In this document: positions 30,841-39,572 of the stretch, piece after piece | How the letters are laid out: each line of letters begins with the position of its first letter | Numbering within the stretch: position 1 is the first letter of the stretch | Assembly (NCBI GenBank): GCA_934130215.1 | Contig: CAKOXR010000002.1 | Span: 1 to 50,038, forward strand | Source: an uncultured Bacilli bacterium | GTDB taxonomy: Bacteria > Bacillota_I > Bacilli_A > RF39 > UBA660 | Length of the DNA stretch: 50,038 nt | Reading direction: 5' to 3' | Notes under the pieces: model-generated | What the model was told of the DNA's origin: nothing | The model's input: the letters and a program-made list of their open reading frames with translations, nothing else | The model's database searches: none | Program-made: the position numbers and the translations under genes

Positions 30841-31788
30841 ATGAAAAAACTAGGGATAATTTATGGTGGTCAATCATATGAACATGAAATATCAATAAAA
30901 TCAAAAAATTCTATTATTAATAATATTAAAAAATATGAAATTCATGAAATTTATATAGATAAAAAAGGTATTTGGTATGAAAATAATAAAAAAATTGAAA
31001 ATATAATTAATTATTTAAAAAATTTTGATATTATATTTCCTATTATTCATGGTAATATAGGGGAAGATGGTAAATTACAAGGTTTATTTGAGACCTTTAA
31101 TATTAATTATGTTGGTTCAAATACTATAAGTAGTGCTATTTCAATGGATAAAGGCTTTTGTAAAATAATAATGGATAAATATAATATAAAACAAGTACCA
31201 TATTTAATTATAGATAAAAAATATAAAATCAAAGAAATAATTAATACTTTTTCTTATCCTATAATTATTAAACCAGCTAATGGTGGCTCAAGTATTGGTA
31301 TATCAGTTGCTTATAATTTAAGTCAATTAATTAAAGCTTTAAATAAAGCATTTAAATATGATAAAAAAATAATAGTTGAAAAATTTATAAAAGCAAGGGA
31401 ACTAGAAATAGGTCTTATTGATAATAATGGAATTATAACATCTAGTATAGGAGAAATAATAAATAATGGTTTTTATGATTATGAATCTAAATATAACAAA
31501 AAAACAGAAATTTTAATAAATCCTACTTTAAATAAAGAAATAATTTTAAAAATAAAAGAAACAGCTCGAAAAGTATATAAAATACTAGAAGTAAATTCTT
31601 ATGCAAGATGTGATTTTTTATATGACGAAGAAAATAATCAATTATATTTTAATGAAATTAATACAATTCCAGGTTTTACTGAATCAAGTATGTTTCCAAA
31701 ATTATTCATAAATAAAGGTTATACATATGATGAATTATTAAATATAATTATTAAAAATAGTCAAAAAAAGAAGCCTACTTTTTCTTAG
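30841..31788 (+). CDS. ddl: D-alanine--D-alanine ligase
   Basis: MKKLGIIYGGQSYEHEISIKS, HGNIGEDGKLQG, and NEINTIPGFTESSMFPK. Confidence 0.9.
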   Translation: MKKLGIIYGGQSYEHEISIKSKNSIINNIKKYEIHEIYIDKKGIWYENNKKIENIINYLKNFDIIFPIIHGNIGEDGKLQGLFETFNINYVGSNTISSAISMDKGFCKIIMDKYNIKQVPYLIIDKKYKIKEIINTFSYPIIIKPANGGSSIGISVAYNLSQLIKALNKAFKYDKKIIVEKFIKARELEIGLIDNNGIITSSIGEIINNGFYDYESKYNKKTEILINPTLNKEIILKIKETARKVYKILEVNSYARCDFLYDEENNQLYFNEINTIPGFTESSMFPKLFINKGYTYDELLNIIIKNSQKKKPTFS

Positions 31789-33589
31789 CATCTTCTTTTT
31801 TTCTTGCTTCTGTATTTAAAATTCTTTTTCTCATTCTTATATTATGAGGTGTTACTTCTACAAATTCATCAAAATTAATATAATCTAAAGCATATTCTAG
31901 TGTAATAGGTCTAGGTCTTTTTAATACAACTGTATGATCTTTAGATGATGATCTTGTATTTGTTAAATTTTTTCCTTTAACAACATTAACTGCTAAATCA
32001 TTATCTCTATTACATTCACCAACAATCATTCCTTCATATACTTCAACACCAGGTTCAATAAACATAACACCACGGTCTTCAAGTTGACCTAAAGCATATG
32101 ATGTTGATTTACCGTTTTCCATTGAAACAAGAACACCAAGAGCTCTTTCACCAACTTCAACTGCTTCTACTTTTGCATATTCTTTAAATGTATGATTCAT
32201 AATTCCATAACCTTTAGTTAAAGTCATAAAATCAGTTGAAAATCCAATTAATCCTCTTGAAGGTATTGTATATGTTAATCTTACTAATCCATTATAATTA
32301 GACATATTTTCCATATTTCCACCACGATTGGCAAGTTCTTCAATTACATTACCAACACATGATTCATTAACTTCAATTTGTAGTTCTTCATAAGGTTCGC
32401 ATTTTACACCATCAATTTCTTTAATAATAACTACTGGTTTAGAAACTTGAACCTCGAATCCTTCTCTTCTCATATTTTCAATTAAAATACCTAAATGTAA
32501 CTCTCCTCTACCTGAAACAATCCAGCTTTCTGCATCATTAGTTTCAACTTTTAAAGATACATCTTTTTCAGTTCCTTTTATTAATCTTTCTTCAATTTTT
32601 CGTGCTGTTAATAATTTTCCATCTAATCCTGCCATAGGACTTGTATTTACACCAATAGTTATTTGCATAGTTGGTTCATCAATTCTAAGTTTAGGTAAAG
32701 CTTCTTCATACCCTACAGAACAAACTGTTTCTCCTACTTCTATATCAGGTAATCCTGAAATAGCAACTATTTCACCAGCTTCACAACTATTGATTTCAAC
32801 TTTTTTTAATCCTTTAAAACCAAATAATTTAGCAATTCTAAATTGTTTTTTACTTCCATCTAATCTTACACAAGAAACCATTTCTCCAACTTTAATAGTT
32901 CCTCTTTTAACTAAACCTATTCCAATTCTTCCAACATAATCATTATAATCTATTAATGCAGGTTGAAATTGAAAACCACCATCTAAACTAACTTTAGGAT
33001 CTGGTACTGTTTTAATAACAGCATCAAGAATAGGTTCCATTGTTGGTTTTTGATTTTCAAGTCCAATTTCATAACTACTAGTTCCATTAATAGCGGATGC
33101 ATAAATAACTGGGAATTCTAATTGATCAATATCAGCTCCTAATTCAATAAATAAATCAAGTACTTCATCAACAACTTCTTTAGGTCTAGCAGTTGGTTTA
33201 TCAATTTTATTAACTACTACAACAGGTGTAACACCGGCATTTAATGCTTTTTTTAATACAAATCTAGTTTGTGGCATTGTTCCTTCATATGCATCAACAA
33301 CTAAAATAACACCATCAACCATATTCATAATTCTCTCAACTTCACCACCAAAGTCAGCATGTCCTGGAGTATCTAAGATATTAATTGTATAACCTTTATA
33401 TTCAATTGATGTTGTTTTTGCAAGAATTGTAATACCTCTTTCTCTTTCAATATCATTTGAATCCATTACTCTATCTTGAATTTCTTCATTTGCTCTAAAA
33501 GTATTAGCAGATGCAAGTAATTTATCAACTAATGTAGTTTTACCATGGTCAACATGGGCAATTATAGCAATATTTTTTATTTTTTTCAT
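31775..33589 (-). CDS. typA: translational GTPase TypA/BipA
   Basis: NIAIIAHVDHGKTTLVDKLL, DTPGHADFGGEVER, NKIDK. The start is set at ATG 33589 (MKKIKN) with GAGGGA upstream; the longer ORF-track N-terminus overlaps the promoter. Confidence 0.93.
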   Translation of the reverse strand: MKKIKNIAIIAHVDHGKTTLVDKLLASANTFRANEEIQDRVMDSNDIERERGITILAKTTSIEYKGYTINILDTPGHADFGGEVERIMNMVDGVILVVDAYEGTMPQTRFVLKKALNAGVTPVVVVNKIDKPTARPKEVVDEVLDLFIELGADIDQLEFPVIYASAINGTSSYEIGLENQKPTMEPILDAVIKTVPDPKVSLDGGFQFQPALIDYNDYVGRIGIGLVKRGTIKVGEMVSCVRLDGSKKQFRIAKLFGFKGLKKVEINSCEAGEIVAISGLPDIEVGETVCSVGYEEALPKLRIDEPTMQITIGVNTSPMAGLDGKLLTARKIEERLIKGTEKDVSLKVETNDAESWIVSGRGELHLGILIENMRREGFEVQVSKPVVIIKEIDGVKCEPYEELQIEVNESCVGNVIEELANRGGNMENMSNYNGLVRLTYTIPSRGLIGFSTDFMTLTKGYGIMNHTFKEYAKVEAVEVGERALGVLVSMENGKSTSYALGQLEDRGVMFIEPGVEVYEGMIVGECNRDNDLAVNVVKGKNLTNTRSSSKDHTVVLKRPRPITLEYALDYINFDEFVEVTPHNIRMRKRILNTEARKKEDAKKK

Positions 33590-33616
33590 ACTCATCCCTC
33601 TTTTTAGTACTTTGGT

Positions 33617-33644
33617 ATTATAGCACATTTTTAACACTTGTCAA
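33617..33644 (-). promoter_or_regulatory. sigma-A type promoter of typA
   Basis: On the minus strand: TTGACA (33644-33639), a 16-nt spacer ending in TGC, then TATAAT (33622-33617). Confidence 0.65.
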
Positions 33645-33673
33645 ACTGTTTTTTTTATACTTTTTTAATTTTT

Positions 33674-33745
33674 ATTAAAATTTTCAATTATTTTATTTTA
33701 GTATCTTTAATTTCATTGAAGATATTATTTTTGTTCTTTTTAAGT
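33674..33745. repeat. intergenic direct repeat, copy A (flanks the R-M cassette)
   Basis: The core 33674-33729 matches 35857-35912 at 51 of 56 positions by manual alignment. Both then run into a T-rich tail. Confidence 0.75.
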
Positions 33746-33832
33746 ATTATACTTTTTTATATTATTATTCAATATTAAAAAAATCAAAATTTTATAATTA
33801 ACAAAATAAATTAATATAAGATATCACAAATA

Positions 33833-34780
33833 CTATTGGTTTTTCATTACATAATCGATAATTTTATTAAATCCATATTCATTTACAAAATAATTAAATG
33901 GACAATTTTTAAGATTTGTATAAATACTTTGTTTATCTCTAAAGAGCTTATTTTTTGTACTAGGATTAACTAATTGATTAAATAAAATCCCATCCATAAA
34001 AGAAATATAGTGGATTCCTCGTTCACCCCAACCTATAAAATCAATTATTTCTGTCATTTGTTTATCCTGTCCACCACCAGATTCTTTTAATATTTTATGT
34101 TCAACAATCAAAAAATTATTATTAATTTTTATTAATGCATCCGGCATTTTCCCCTGATGTGTAGTTCGAAATTCAAAATTAATATGATTTAAATCTAATA
34201 TCTTATCAAATAATTTATTATCTCCAGCATCAGGCAAAATATAATATAAAGGTTCTTCTATCTGTGAAATATTATTTATTTTAGGAATCCCAAATTTGTT
34301 ACATATTTTCTTTAATTTAGCAACACCCATCGTTCCTTTTCTTTTATGACTATAACTGTCAGTTAATACTTGAAAAATAATATTGGAATAATCACTATTC
34401 AAGTATAACTGAAAACGGTCATCTAAATAGCAGTCTATAATATATTTTTTTTCTTCGTTAGTTAACTTATTTAAATACATATCATATGTAACATCATGAA
34501 CCATAAGGTATTGTGAAAAAGGGCAGAAATTCATTCCTTCATAATGTAAACAATCATCTATTTCAGATATAATTTTAGAATTATATAAATCATCATGTTT
34601 TCTTTTATTGTTTGCATAAGATAGAATCAACTCTGATAATCTATAATTTCTAGAAAATAATTCTTTTGTAAAATCTTCATTTGGTAAAATAACTTTATTT
34701 AGCGATTCACGAGCAATCGGATCAACATTCTTTGCCAAATGTTCCAAACATTCTTCAAATATTTTTATATTATTAAGCAT
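33833..34780 (-). CDS. putative type II restriction endonuclease (PD-(D/E)xK-like)
   Basis: The start overlaps the methyltransferase stop by 8 nt. It carries a candidate catalytic motif, PDALIKINNNFLIVEHK. The family was not identified. Confidence 0.6.
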   Translation of the reverse strand: MLNNIKIFEECLEHLAKNVDPIARESLNKVILPNEDFTKELFSRNYRLSELILSYANNKRKHDDLYNSKIISEIDDCLHYEGMNFCPFSQYLMVHDVTYDMYLNKLTNEEKKYIIDCYLDDRFQLYLNSDYSNIIFQVLTDSYSHKRKGTMGVAKLKKICNKFGIPKINNISQIEEPLYYILPDAGDNKLFDKILDLNHINFEFRTTHQGKMPDALIKINNNFLIVEHKILKESGGGQDKQMTEIIDFIGWGERGIHYISFMDGILFNQLVNPSTKNKLFRDKQSIYTNLKNCPFNYFVNEYGFNKIIDYVMKNQ

Positions 34781-35768
34781 AATTTTTACTCCTTAAATTA
34801 GAAATTGCAATTTCTATAATACACCTTGCAGTTCTATAATCTAATCTTCTTCTTCTTTTACCATCCTTCGTATTACCTTTAAAAGGTGACAATGTAACAT
34901 CAAATGTTTTATTTCTATAATTTTCTAATATTCTATTACATTCACTTACTAAATCCTTTATATCTATGTCACTACAATCCAAATCAATAATTGTTACCAA
35001 TCTAGAACTATCGCCAATTCTTGATAAGTCATAGTTTAATTCTTCTTTACTATAAAATCTAATTTTCTTATCATTTGTAGTTAAATCTACAGCTCTCAAA
35101 GCCAACTTTCCATTTTGAACATTAAATCTTATCGAATAATTGTTTTTGGGTTTTAACCGTAGCTCACTAAAATATGAATAAACATTTAAATAATTATCAT
35201 CAATAAAAACTTTTATTTGTGGAGGTATTTTAGAAGTTTTATCAAAACAAACAATGCAAACAGGATTTTCTGTGTCATCAAAAGGATTTTCTGTTAATAT
35301 GGTAACACTATATACCCTACTTAAATTTTTTTCAAAAAACCTACTATTAATATATGTTTCTGGTACAATTGCAACAACATAATCCTGTGCTTCTAACATA
35401 TTATCAATTGCTAATTGATATAAATCCGTATGTTTATCAAAGTATTCATAATCTATATCTATTTTCTTTCTATGAGCACTATACTTTGTTAAATAAGGTG
35501 GATTTGTAATTATTATAGCATTATCAATATGAGGAATTTTTTTTAAACTATCATTTGTTTCCCAACTCAAATTTTTATCAATATCTAACCCTTTAATTTG
35601 TTTTATTCCATATTCGCAAGAAATTTTTAACAAATCTCCATTACCTGCAAAAGGATCATATGCTATCGTACAGTTAGATTTTTTTATAAATTCTATAATT
35701 TGAGGTTTTAACCATAAGTCTTTTTTGGTAAAATATTGACCAAATTTTTTTTTATCATTTAAATTCAT
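34773..35768 (-). CDS. N6-adenine DNA methyltransferase (motif I before NPPY)
   Basis: FGQYFT, DPFAGNGDLL (FxGxG), and IIITNPPYL (motif IV). Confidence 0.85.
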   Translation of the reverse strand: MNLNDKKKFGQYFTKKDLWLKPQIIEFIKKSNCTIAYDPFAGNGDLLKISCEYGIKQIKGLDIDKNLSWETNDSLKKIPHIDNAIIITNPPYLTKYSAHRKKIDIDYEYFDKHTDLYQLAIDNMLEAQDYVVAIVPETYINSRFFEKNLSRVYSVTILTENPFDDTENPVCIVCFDKTSKIPPQIKVFIDDNYLNVYSYFSELRLKPKNNYSIRFNVQNGKLALRAVDLTTNDKKIRFYSKEELNYDLSRIGDSSRLVTIIDLDCSDIDIKDLVSECNRILENYRNKTFDVTLSPFKGNTKDGKRRRRLDYRTARCIIEIAISNLRSKNYA

Positions 35769-35856
35769 TTATTACACCACCAATCTAATCATATTGTACC
35801 ATTTTTCATATTTAAAATCTATAGAACTATAAATTTTTATTCTATAAATTTACTCA

Positions 35857-35927
35857 TTAAAATTCTCAATTATTTTATTTTTGTATCTTTAATTTTATTG
35901 AAAATAATATTCTATTTTTTTTTAGTT
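35857..35927. repeat. intergenic direct repeat, copy B (flanks the R-M cassette)
   Basis: See copy A. The sequence is ATTAAAATTCTCAATTATTTTATTTTTGTATCTTTAATTTTATTGAAAATAATATT... Confidence 0.75.
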
Positions 35928-35970
35928 TTCATAGTTTTTAGATTTAATTACATTTTATAATACGATTTTA

Positions 35971-35992
35971 AATCAAGGTATTACCCTTGATT
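35971..35992 (-). terminator. hairpin immediately after the stop of the membrane-protein gene
   Basis: AATCAAGG-tattac-CCTTGATT, an 8-bp stem. There is no clear U-tract on either strand, so terminator function is uncertain. Confidence 0.3.
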
Positions 35993-35995
35993 ATA

Positions 35996-36622
35996 TTAAA
36001 AAATACTGTTTTCTCCTTTATAATCTTTTAAGATGATATTATATTCTTTTTTAGATTCTTCAATACATTTATGATAACTTTTTGAAGATCTTTGATAAGC
36101 ATAAAAATCATAATTTTTTTTACTTTTTATATTTATATGTATTATAAAATCATAAATATTTTCATTTAAATCTTGATAAATACAAAGAATTCTATTATGA
36201 CTAACACCATTATAATTTAAATAATTAACAAGAAGCATTTGAATCTGAGTAATATCAGACGAAGCAACATCTAGAGTTGTAAATAATTGTTGATTTATAT
36301 CTTTTTCAAGTAATTGAGTTCCTTTTATACATTCTCCTGTAAGTAAATCATAAAATTTAACATTACTAGCTACCCCATATCCAATATTTTCAAGAATAAT
36401 ATTAAAAGGAATCTCTATTTCCTCACCAACATCTTGTTTTTTTAAAGTTATATAATATTTATATTGATCTAATTTTTTTAATATTTGTAAACTTTTTAAT
36501 ATTAAATAAGGTTTATGTTTTTCCTTGTTTTCATTTCTAACTCTACCATTTACTGAATAAATCGCAACAAAAACAGTAACAACTAAAGTTAAACATGAAA
36601 AAATAATTGTTATTTTATCCAT
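35996..36622 (-). CDS. membrane-anchored protein of unknown function (about 208 aa)
   Basis: N-terminal TM (ITIIFSCLTLVVTVFVAIY). The ATG at 36622 follows GGTGA and overlaps the Nudix stop (ATGGATAA). No catalytic motif is recognised. Confidence 0.65.
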   Translation of the reverse strand: MDKITIIFSCLTLVVTVFVAIYSVNGRVRNENKEKHKPYLILKSLQILKKLDQYKYYITLKKQDVGEEIEIPFNIILENIGYGVASNVKFYDLLTGECIKGTQLLEKDINQQLFTTLDVASSDITQIQMLLVNYLNYNGVSHNRILCIYQDLNENIYDFIIHINIKSKKNYDFYAYQRSSKSYHKCIEESKKEYNIILKDYKGENSIF

Positions 36623-37082
36623 TATATTCACCTAAATAATATTTTAATATATAATCCATTGTTATTTTTACATCAGGAAATACTTTTATTCTCTCTAAAT
36701 CATTTCTAGAAAACCAGCCAATTTTTTTAATATCATTATCAGTATCTTTATGATCAATAACATTAATAGGAACGCCTGCATATATAATATCAATATGTAT
36801 TTTACCCTTTAAAGTACGATTCTTTTGAATACCAAGAGGCCTTATAAAATCTTGTTCTCTAGGAAATCTTTCCCCAAGTAATCTAATTTTAACTCCAGTC
36901 TCTTCCCAAACCTCTCTTAAAACAGTATCCTCAGGAGTTTCATTTTTTTCGATATGACCTCCTGGTTGAACCCATTTATCAAAATCATTATGGAAAACTA
37001 AAAGGATTTTTTTATTAATAGGATTTATTACAAAAGCGGAAGCACAGAACTCTTTTTGAACATAATCTTTATATTCTTCCAT
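36615..37082 (-). CDS. Nudix hydrolase
   Basis: A complete Nudix box, GGHIEKNETPEDTVLREVWEETGV. The start is at ATG 37082 (MEEYKDY) after AGGTGA; the ORF-track extension is rejected. Confidence 0.85.
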   Translation of the reverse strand: MEEYKDYVQKEFCASAFVINPINKKILLVFHNDFDKWVQPGGHIEKNETPEDTVLREVWEETGVKIRLLGERFPREQDFIRPLGIQKNRTLKGKIHIDIIYAGVPINVIDHKDTDNDIKKIGWFSRNDLERIKVFPDVKITMDYILKYYLGEYNG

Positions 37083-37098
37083 ACAATCACCTATTATC

Positions 37099-37127
37099 AT
37101 TATAAGATAAAATAATATATAAATCAA
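37099..37127 (-). promoter_or_regulatory. putative promoter of the Nudix operon
   Basis: On the minus strand: TTGATT (37127-37122), a 17-nt spacer, then TATAAT (37104-37099). Confidence 0.45.
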
Positions 37128-37309
37128 TCAGTTTATAAATACCACCGACAAAAAATGTAAAATAAAAACTATTCTAATATATTAAGAATAGATTCATTTT
37201 CTTTTTGTTTATAAATTGTTAATTTATCATTAATATCTAAGGTAGCAAGTAAAACATCCTTTAATTTAATTCCTTTTATATTTAATTGATTAAGTAACCA
37301 TTTTTCATC
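37100..37309. repeat. 210-bp direct repeat, left copy (target duplication of the IS)
   Basis: Identical base for base to 39363-39572 by manual comparison. Confidence 0.95.
37169..37309 (-). pseudogene. duplicated 3'-terminal fragment (last 46 codons plus stop) of the DUF421 gene
   Basis: It lies inside the left 210-bp repeat, corresponds to 39432-39572 of the intact gene, and is cut off by the IS end at 37310. Confidence 0.85.
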
Positions 37310-37450
37310 CGGAGTTTGACAGTTCACTAATTTGTTAATGCATGTTTAGACCTTTTATTATAAGGTTTTTATTTTGTCAAGTTTTTATCATTTTTATGTT
37401 GTATATCTTTGACTATCGTGTTATAATTGTTATGTAAAGGTAGTGATTTT

Positions 37451-39277
37451 ATGTTTCTAAAGCAAAGTAAAAGCCATGGCAAAGTATATTTATCATTTGT
37501 TCAAGGCTATAGAGATGAAAAAGGAAAAATTAAACATAGAACTATAGAAAAAATAGGTTTTTTAGATGATTTAATGAAAAAGTTTGATGATCCCATTCAA
37601 CATTTTAAAAATATTGCTAAGCAAAAATCAAATAATGAAATTACAGAATACACAATTAAAAACCTTAACACTAAAACTATAGATGATAATTCACATGTAA
37701 AAAATATCGGTTATGTTATTTTGAAAAAGGTTTATAATGAATTAAACATTTCCGATATTCTAAAACAAAAGCAATCAAATCTTAATATAGAATATTCATT
37801 AGATGAAATAATGAAATTATTAGTTTTTTCTAGAATTTTATATCCAGCCAGTAAAAACGAAACTTATAATAATAAAAATATTTTCTTTGAAAAGTTTGAC
37901 TTTTCTTTAAAAGACTTATACCGTAGTTTAGATTATTTTGAATCTTTAAAAGATAATATTATTAAATCCATTTGGAACAATACAAAAAACACTTACAATA
38001 GGGATACTTCTATCACATACTATGATACAACTAACTATTATTTCGAAATATCATATAATGATGAAGATTTAATTGATGAAAATGGTACTATTTTAGAAAA
38101 AGGATCAAGAAAAAAAGGTCCCTCTAAAGAACATCGTAAAACTCCTATTATTGGTATGGGGCTACTTATGGATAAAGATGGTATCCCCCTTTCTTATGAC
38201 CTTTTCCCTGGTAATGAATCAGAAAAACTAATGATGCGACCTACTTTAAAAAAAACTAAATCTAGCTTTAATATTGATAGAACTATTATAGTTACTGACC
38301 GTGGTCAAAATACATCGGATAATACCGTATTCATTGCTGGTAAAAACGACGAAAAGCATACTAATCATGATGGTTATGTTTATGGTCAAAGTATCATTGG
38401 TGCCGACAAAGAATTTAAGGCTTGGGCATTAGACCAAAAAGAATTTGTTAATGATTACATTTATGATGAAGAAGGAAATTTAGTTACATATAAGGAACCT
38501 ATTAAAAATGATAATGGAAATATTTTAAGGTACGAAGATAAACCAGTTATCTTTAAGCATAAATCAAGAGTATATGCTAAAAAGGTTCAAATAAAAAAAG
38601 ATAACAAAAGAAAAGTTAATTATCAAATATATCAAAAACAAATGGTTTATTATTCTAAAAAATATGCAGATAGGCAAAAACATGAAAGAGATCTAGCTAT
38701 AAAAAAGGCAGAAGATTTAATAAAGAATCCAGCCAAATATAACCTAGCAACATCTTATGGTTGTACTAAATATATTAACAATATTAGATTCAATGAAGAA
38801 ACTGGTGAAATACCTACCGGTCTAGAATTATCATTAAAATCAGATAAAATTAAAGAAGAAGAAAAATACGATGGTTATTATTCAATTGTTACTAGCGAAA
38901 AAAATTTAACTGATAAAGAAATACGAGATATTTATAAAGGTTTATGGAAAATTGAAGAATCTTTTAAAATAACTAAATCAAACTTAGAAACAAGGCCGGT
39001 ATATGTTTGGACAAAAGAACATATTGAAGCTCATTTCTTAACTTGTTTTATTTCACTTATTATATTAAGATTGATAGAAAGTAAAACGAAAAGAAAATAT
39101 CCTACATCAGCCATAATAGACACACTTAAAAATTATACTTCTAATAATTTAGAACATGATATTTATATTCAAAATTTTACCAACAAAATTATCAAAGATT
39201 TATCAAACATTTACAATGTTGATTTATCTAGAAAATACCTTACTTTATCAGAAATTAAAAAAATTTTTAAAATTTAA
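37451..39277 (+). CDS. IS1634/IS4-family DDE transposase
   Basis: MFLKQSKSHGKVYLSFVQGYRDEKGKIKHRTIEKIGFLDDL N-terminus. DDE-type blocks are YYDTTNYYFE, IIVTDRGQNTSDN and YKGLWKIEESFKITKSNLETRPVY. The ATG at 37451 follows AAAGGTAGTGA. Confidence 0.85.
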   Translation: MFLKQSKSHGKVYLSFVQGYRDEKGKIKHRTIEKIGFLDDLMKKFDDPIQHFKNIAKQKSNNEITEYTIKNLNTKTIDDNSHVKNIGYVILKKVYNELNISDILKQKQSNLNIEYSLDEIMKLLVFSRILYPASKNETYNNKNIFFEKFDFSLKDLYRSLDYFESLKDNIIKSIWNNTKNTYNRDTSITYYDTTNYYFEISYNDEDLIDENGTILEKGSRKKGPSKEHRKTPIIGMGLLMDKDGIPLSYDLFPGNESEKLMMRPTLKKTKSSFNIDRTIIVTDRGQNTSDNTVFIAGKNDEKHTNHDGYVYGQSIIGADKEFKAWALDQKEFVNDYIYDEEGNLVTYKEPIKNDNGNILRYEDKPVIFKHKSRVYAKKVQIKKDNKRKVNYQIYQKQMVYYSKKYADRQKHERDLAIKKAEDLIKNPAKYNLATSYGCTKYINNIRFNEETGEIPTGLELSLKSDKIKEEEKYDGYYSIVTSEKNLTDKEIRDIYKGLWKIEESFKITKSNLETRPVYVWTKEHIEAHFLTCFISLIILRLIESKTKRKYPTSAIIDTLKNYTSNNLEHDIYIQNFTNKIIKDLSNIYNVDLSRKYLTLSEIKKIFKI

Positions 39278-39304
39278 AAATTTTCTTCTGATATACAACA
39301 ATTA

Positions 39305-39347
39305 AAAAATGCACAAGCCCTTATATAATCTAGGTTTGTGCATTTTT
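39305..39347 (+). terminator. stem-loop/terminator after the transposase gene, inside the IS right end
   Basis: AAAAATGCACAA, a 19-nt loop, then TTGTGCATTTTT. Confidence 0.5.
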
Positions 39348-39362
39348 ACTGTCAAAGTCAAG

Positions 39363-39572
39363 TTATAAGATAAAATAATATATAAATCAATCAGTTTATA
39401 AATACCACCGACAAAAAATGTAAAATAAAAACTATTCTAATATATTAAGAATAGATTCATTTTCTTTTTGTTTATAAATTGTTAATTTATCATTAATATC
39501 TAAGGTAGCAAGTAAAACATCCTTTAATTTAATTCCTTTTATATTTAATTGATTAAGTAACCATTTTTCATC
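39363..39572. repeat. 210-bp direct repeat, right copy
   Basis: Identical to 37100-37309. It is continuous with the intact DUF421 ORF. Confidence 0.95.

Larger units (their letters stand above)
37310..39362 (+). mobile_element. IS1634/IS4-like insertion sequence (about 2.05 kb)
   Basis: Bounded by the 210-bp duplication. It has imperfect terminal inverted repeats, GAGTTTGACAGT (37312-37323) and ACTGTCAAAGTC (39348-39359), and a single DDE transposase ORF. Confidence 0.85.

Noticed and set aside
33590-33637. Longer N-terminus of typA (MLKMCYNTKVLKRGMS...), plus similar extensions for rpsH (5603-5620), rplP (7977-8015), Nudix (37083-37127), DUF421 (40149-40193) and the transposase (37427-37450)
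   Set aside because: In each case an internal ATG with a good Shine-Dalgarno sequence gives the conserved family N-terminus. The extensions overlap promoters or upstream genes.
36615-36633. A 19-nt identity, AGGTGAATATAATGGATAA, shared by the translation-initiation regions of srtB (21700-21718) and the membrane protein downstream of Nudix
   Set aside because: The match is short, consisting of an RBS plus AT-rich spacer plus ATG GAT AA. There is no extended similarity on either side or between the proteins. It is most likely chance plus RBS constraints.
37100-37309. Reading the 210-bp repeats as long terminal direct repeats belonging to the mobile element
   Set aside because: The right copy is continuous with, and completes, the DUF421 ORF, and the left copy carries the Nudix promoter. 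They are therefore duplicated host target DNA. The inverted repeats of the element lie inside them.
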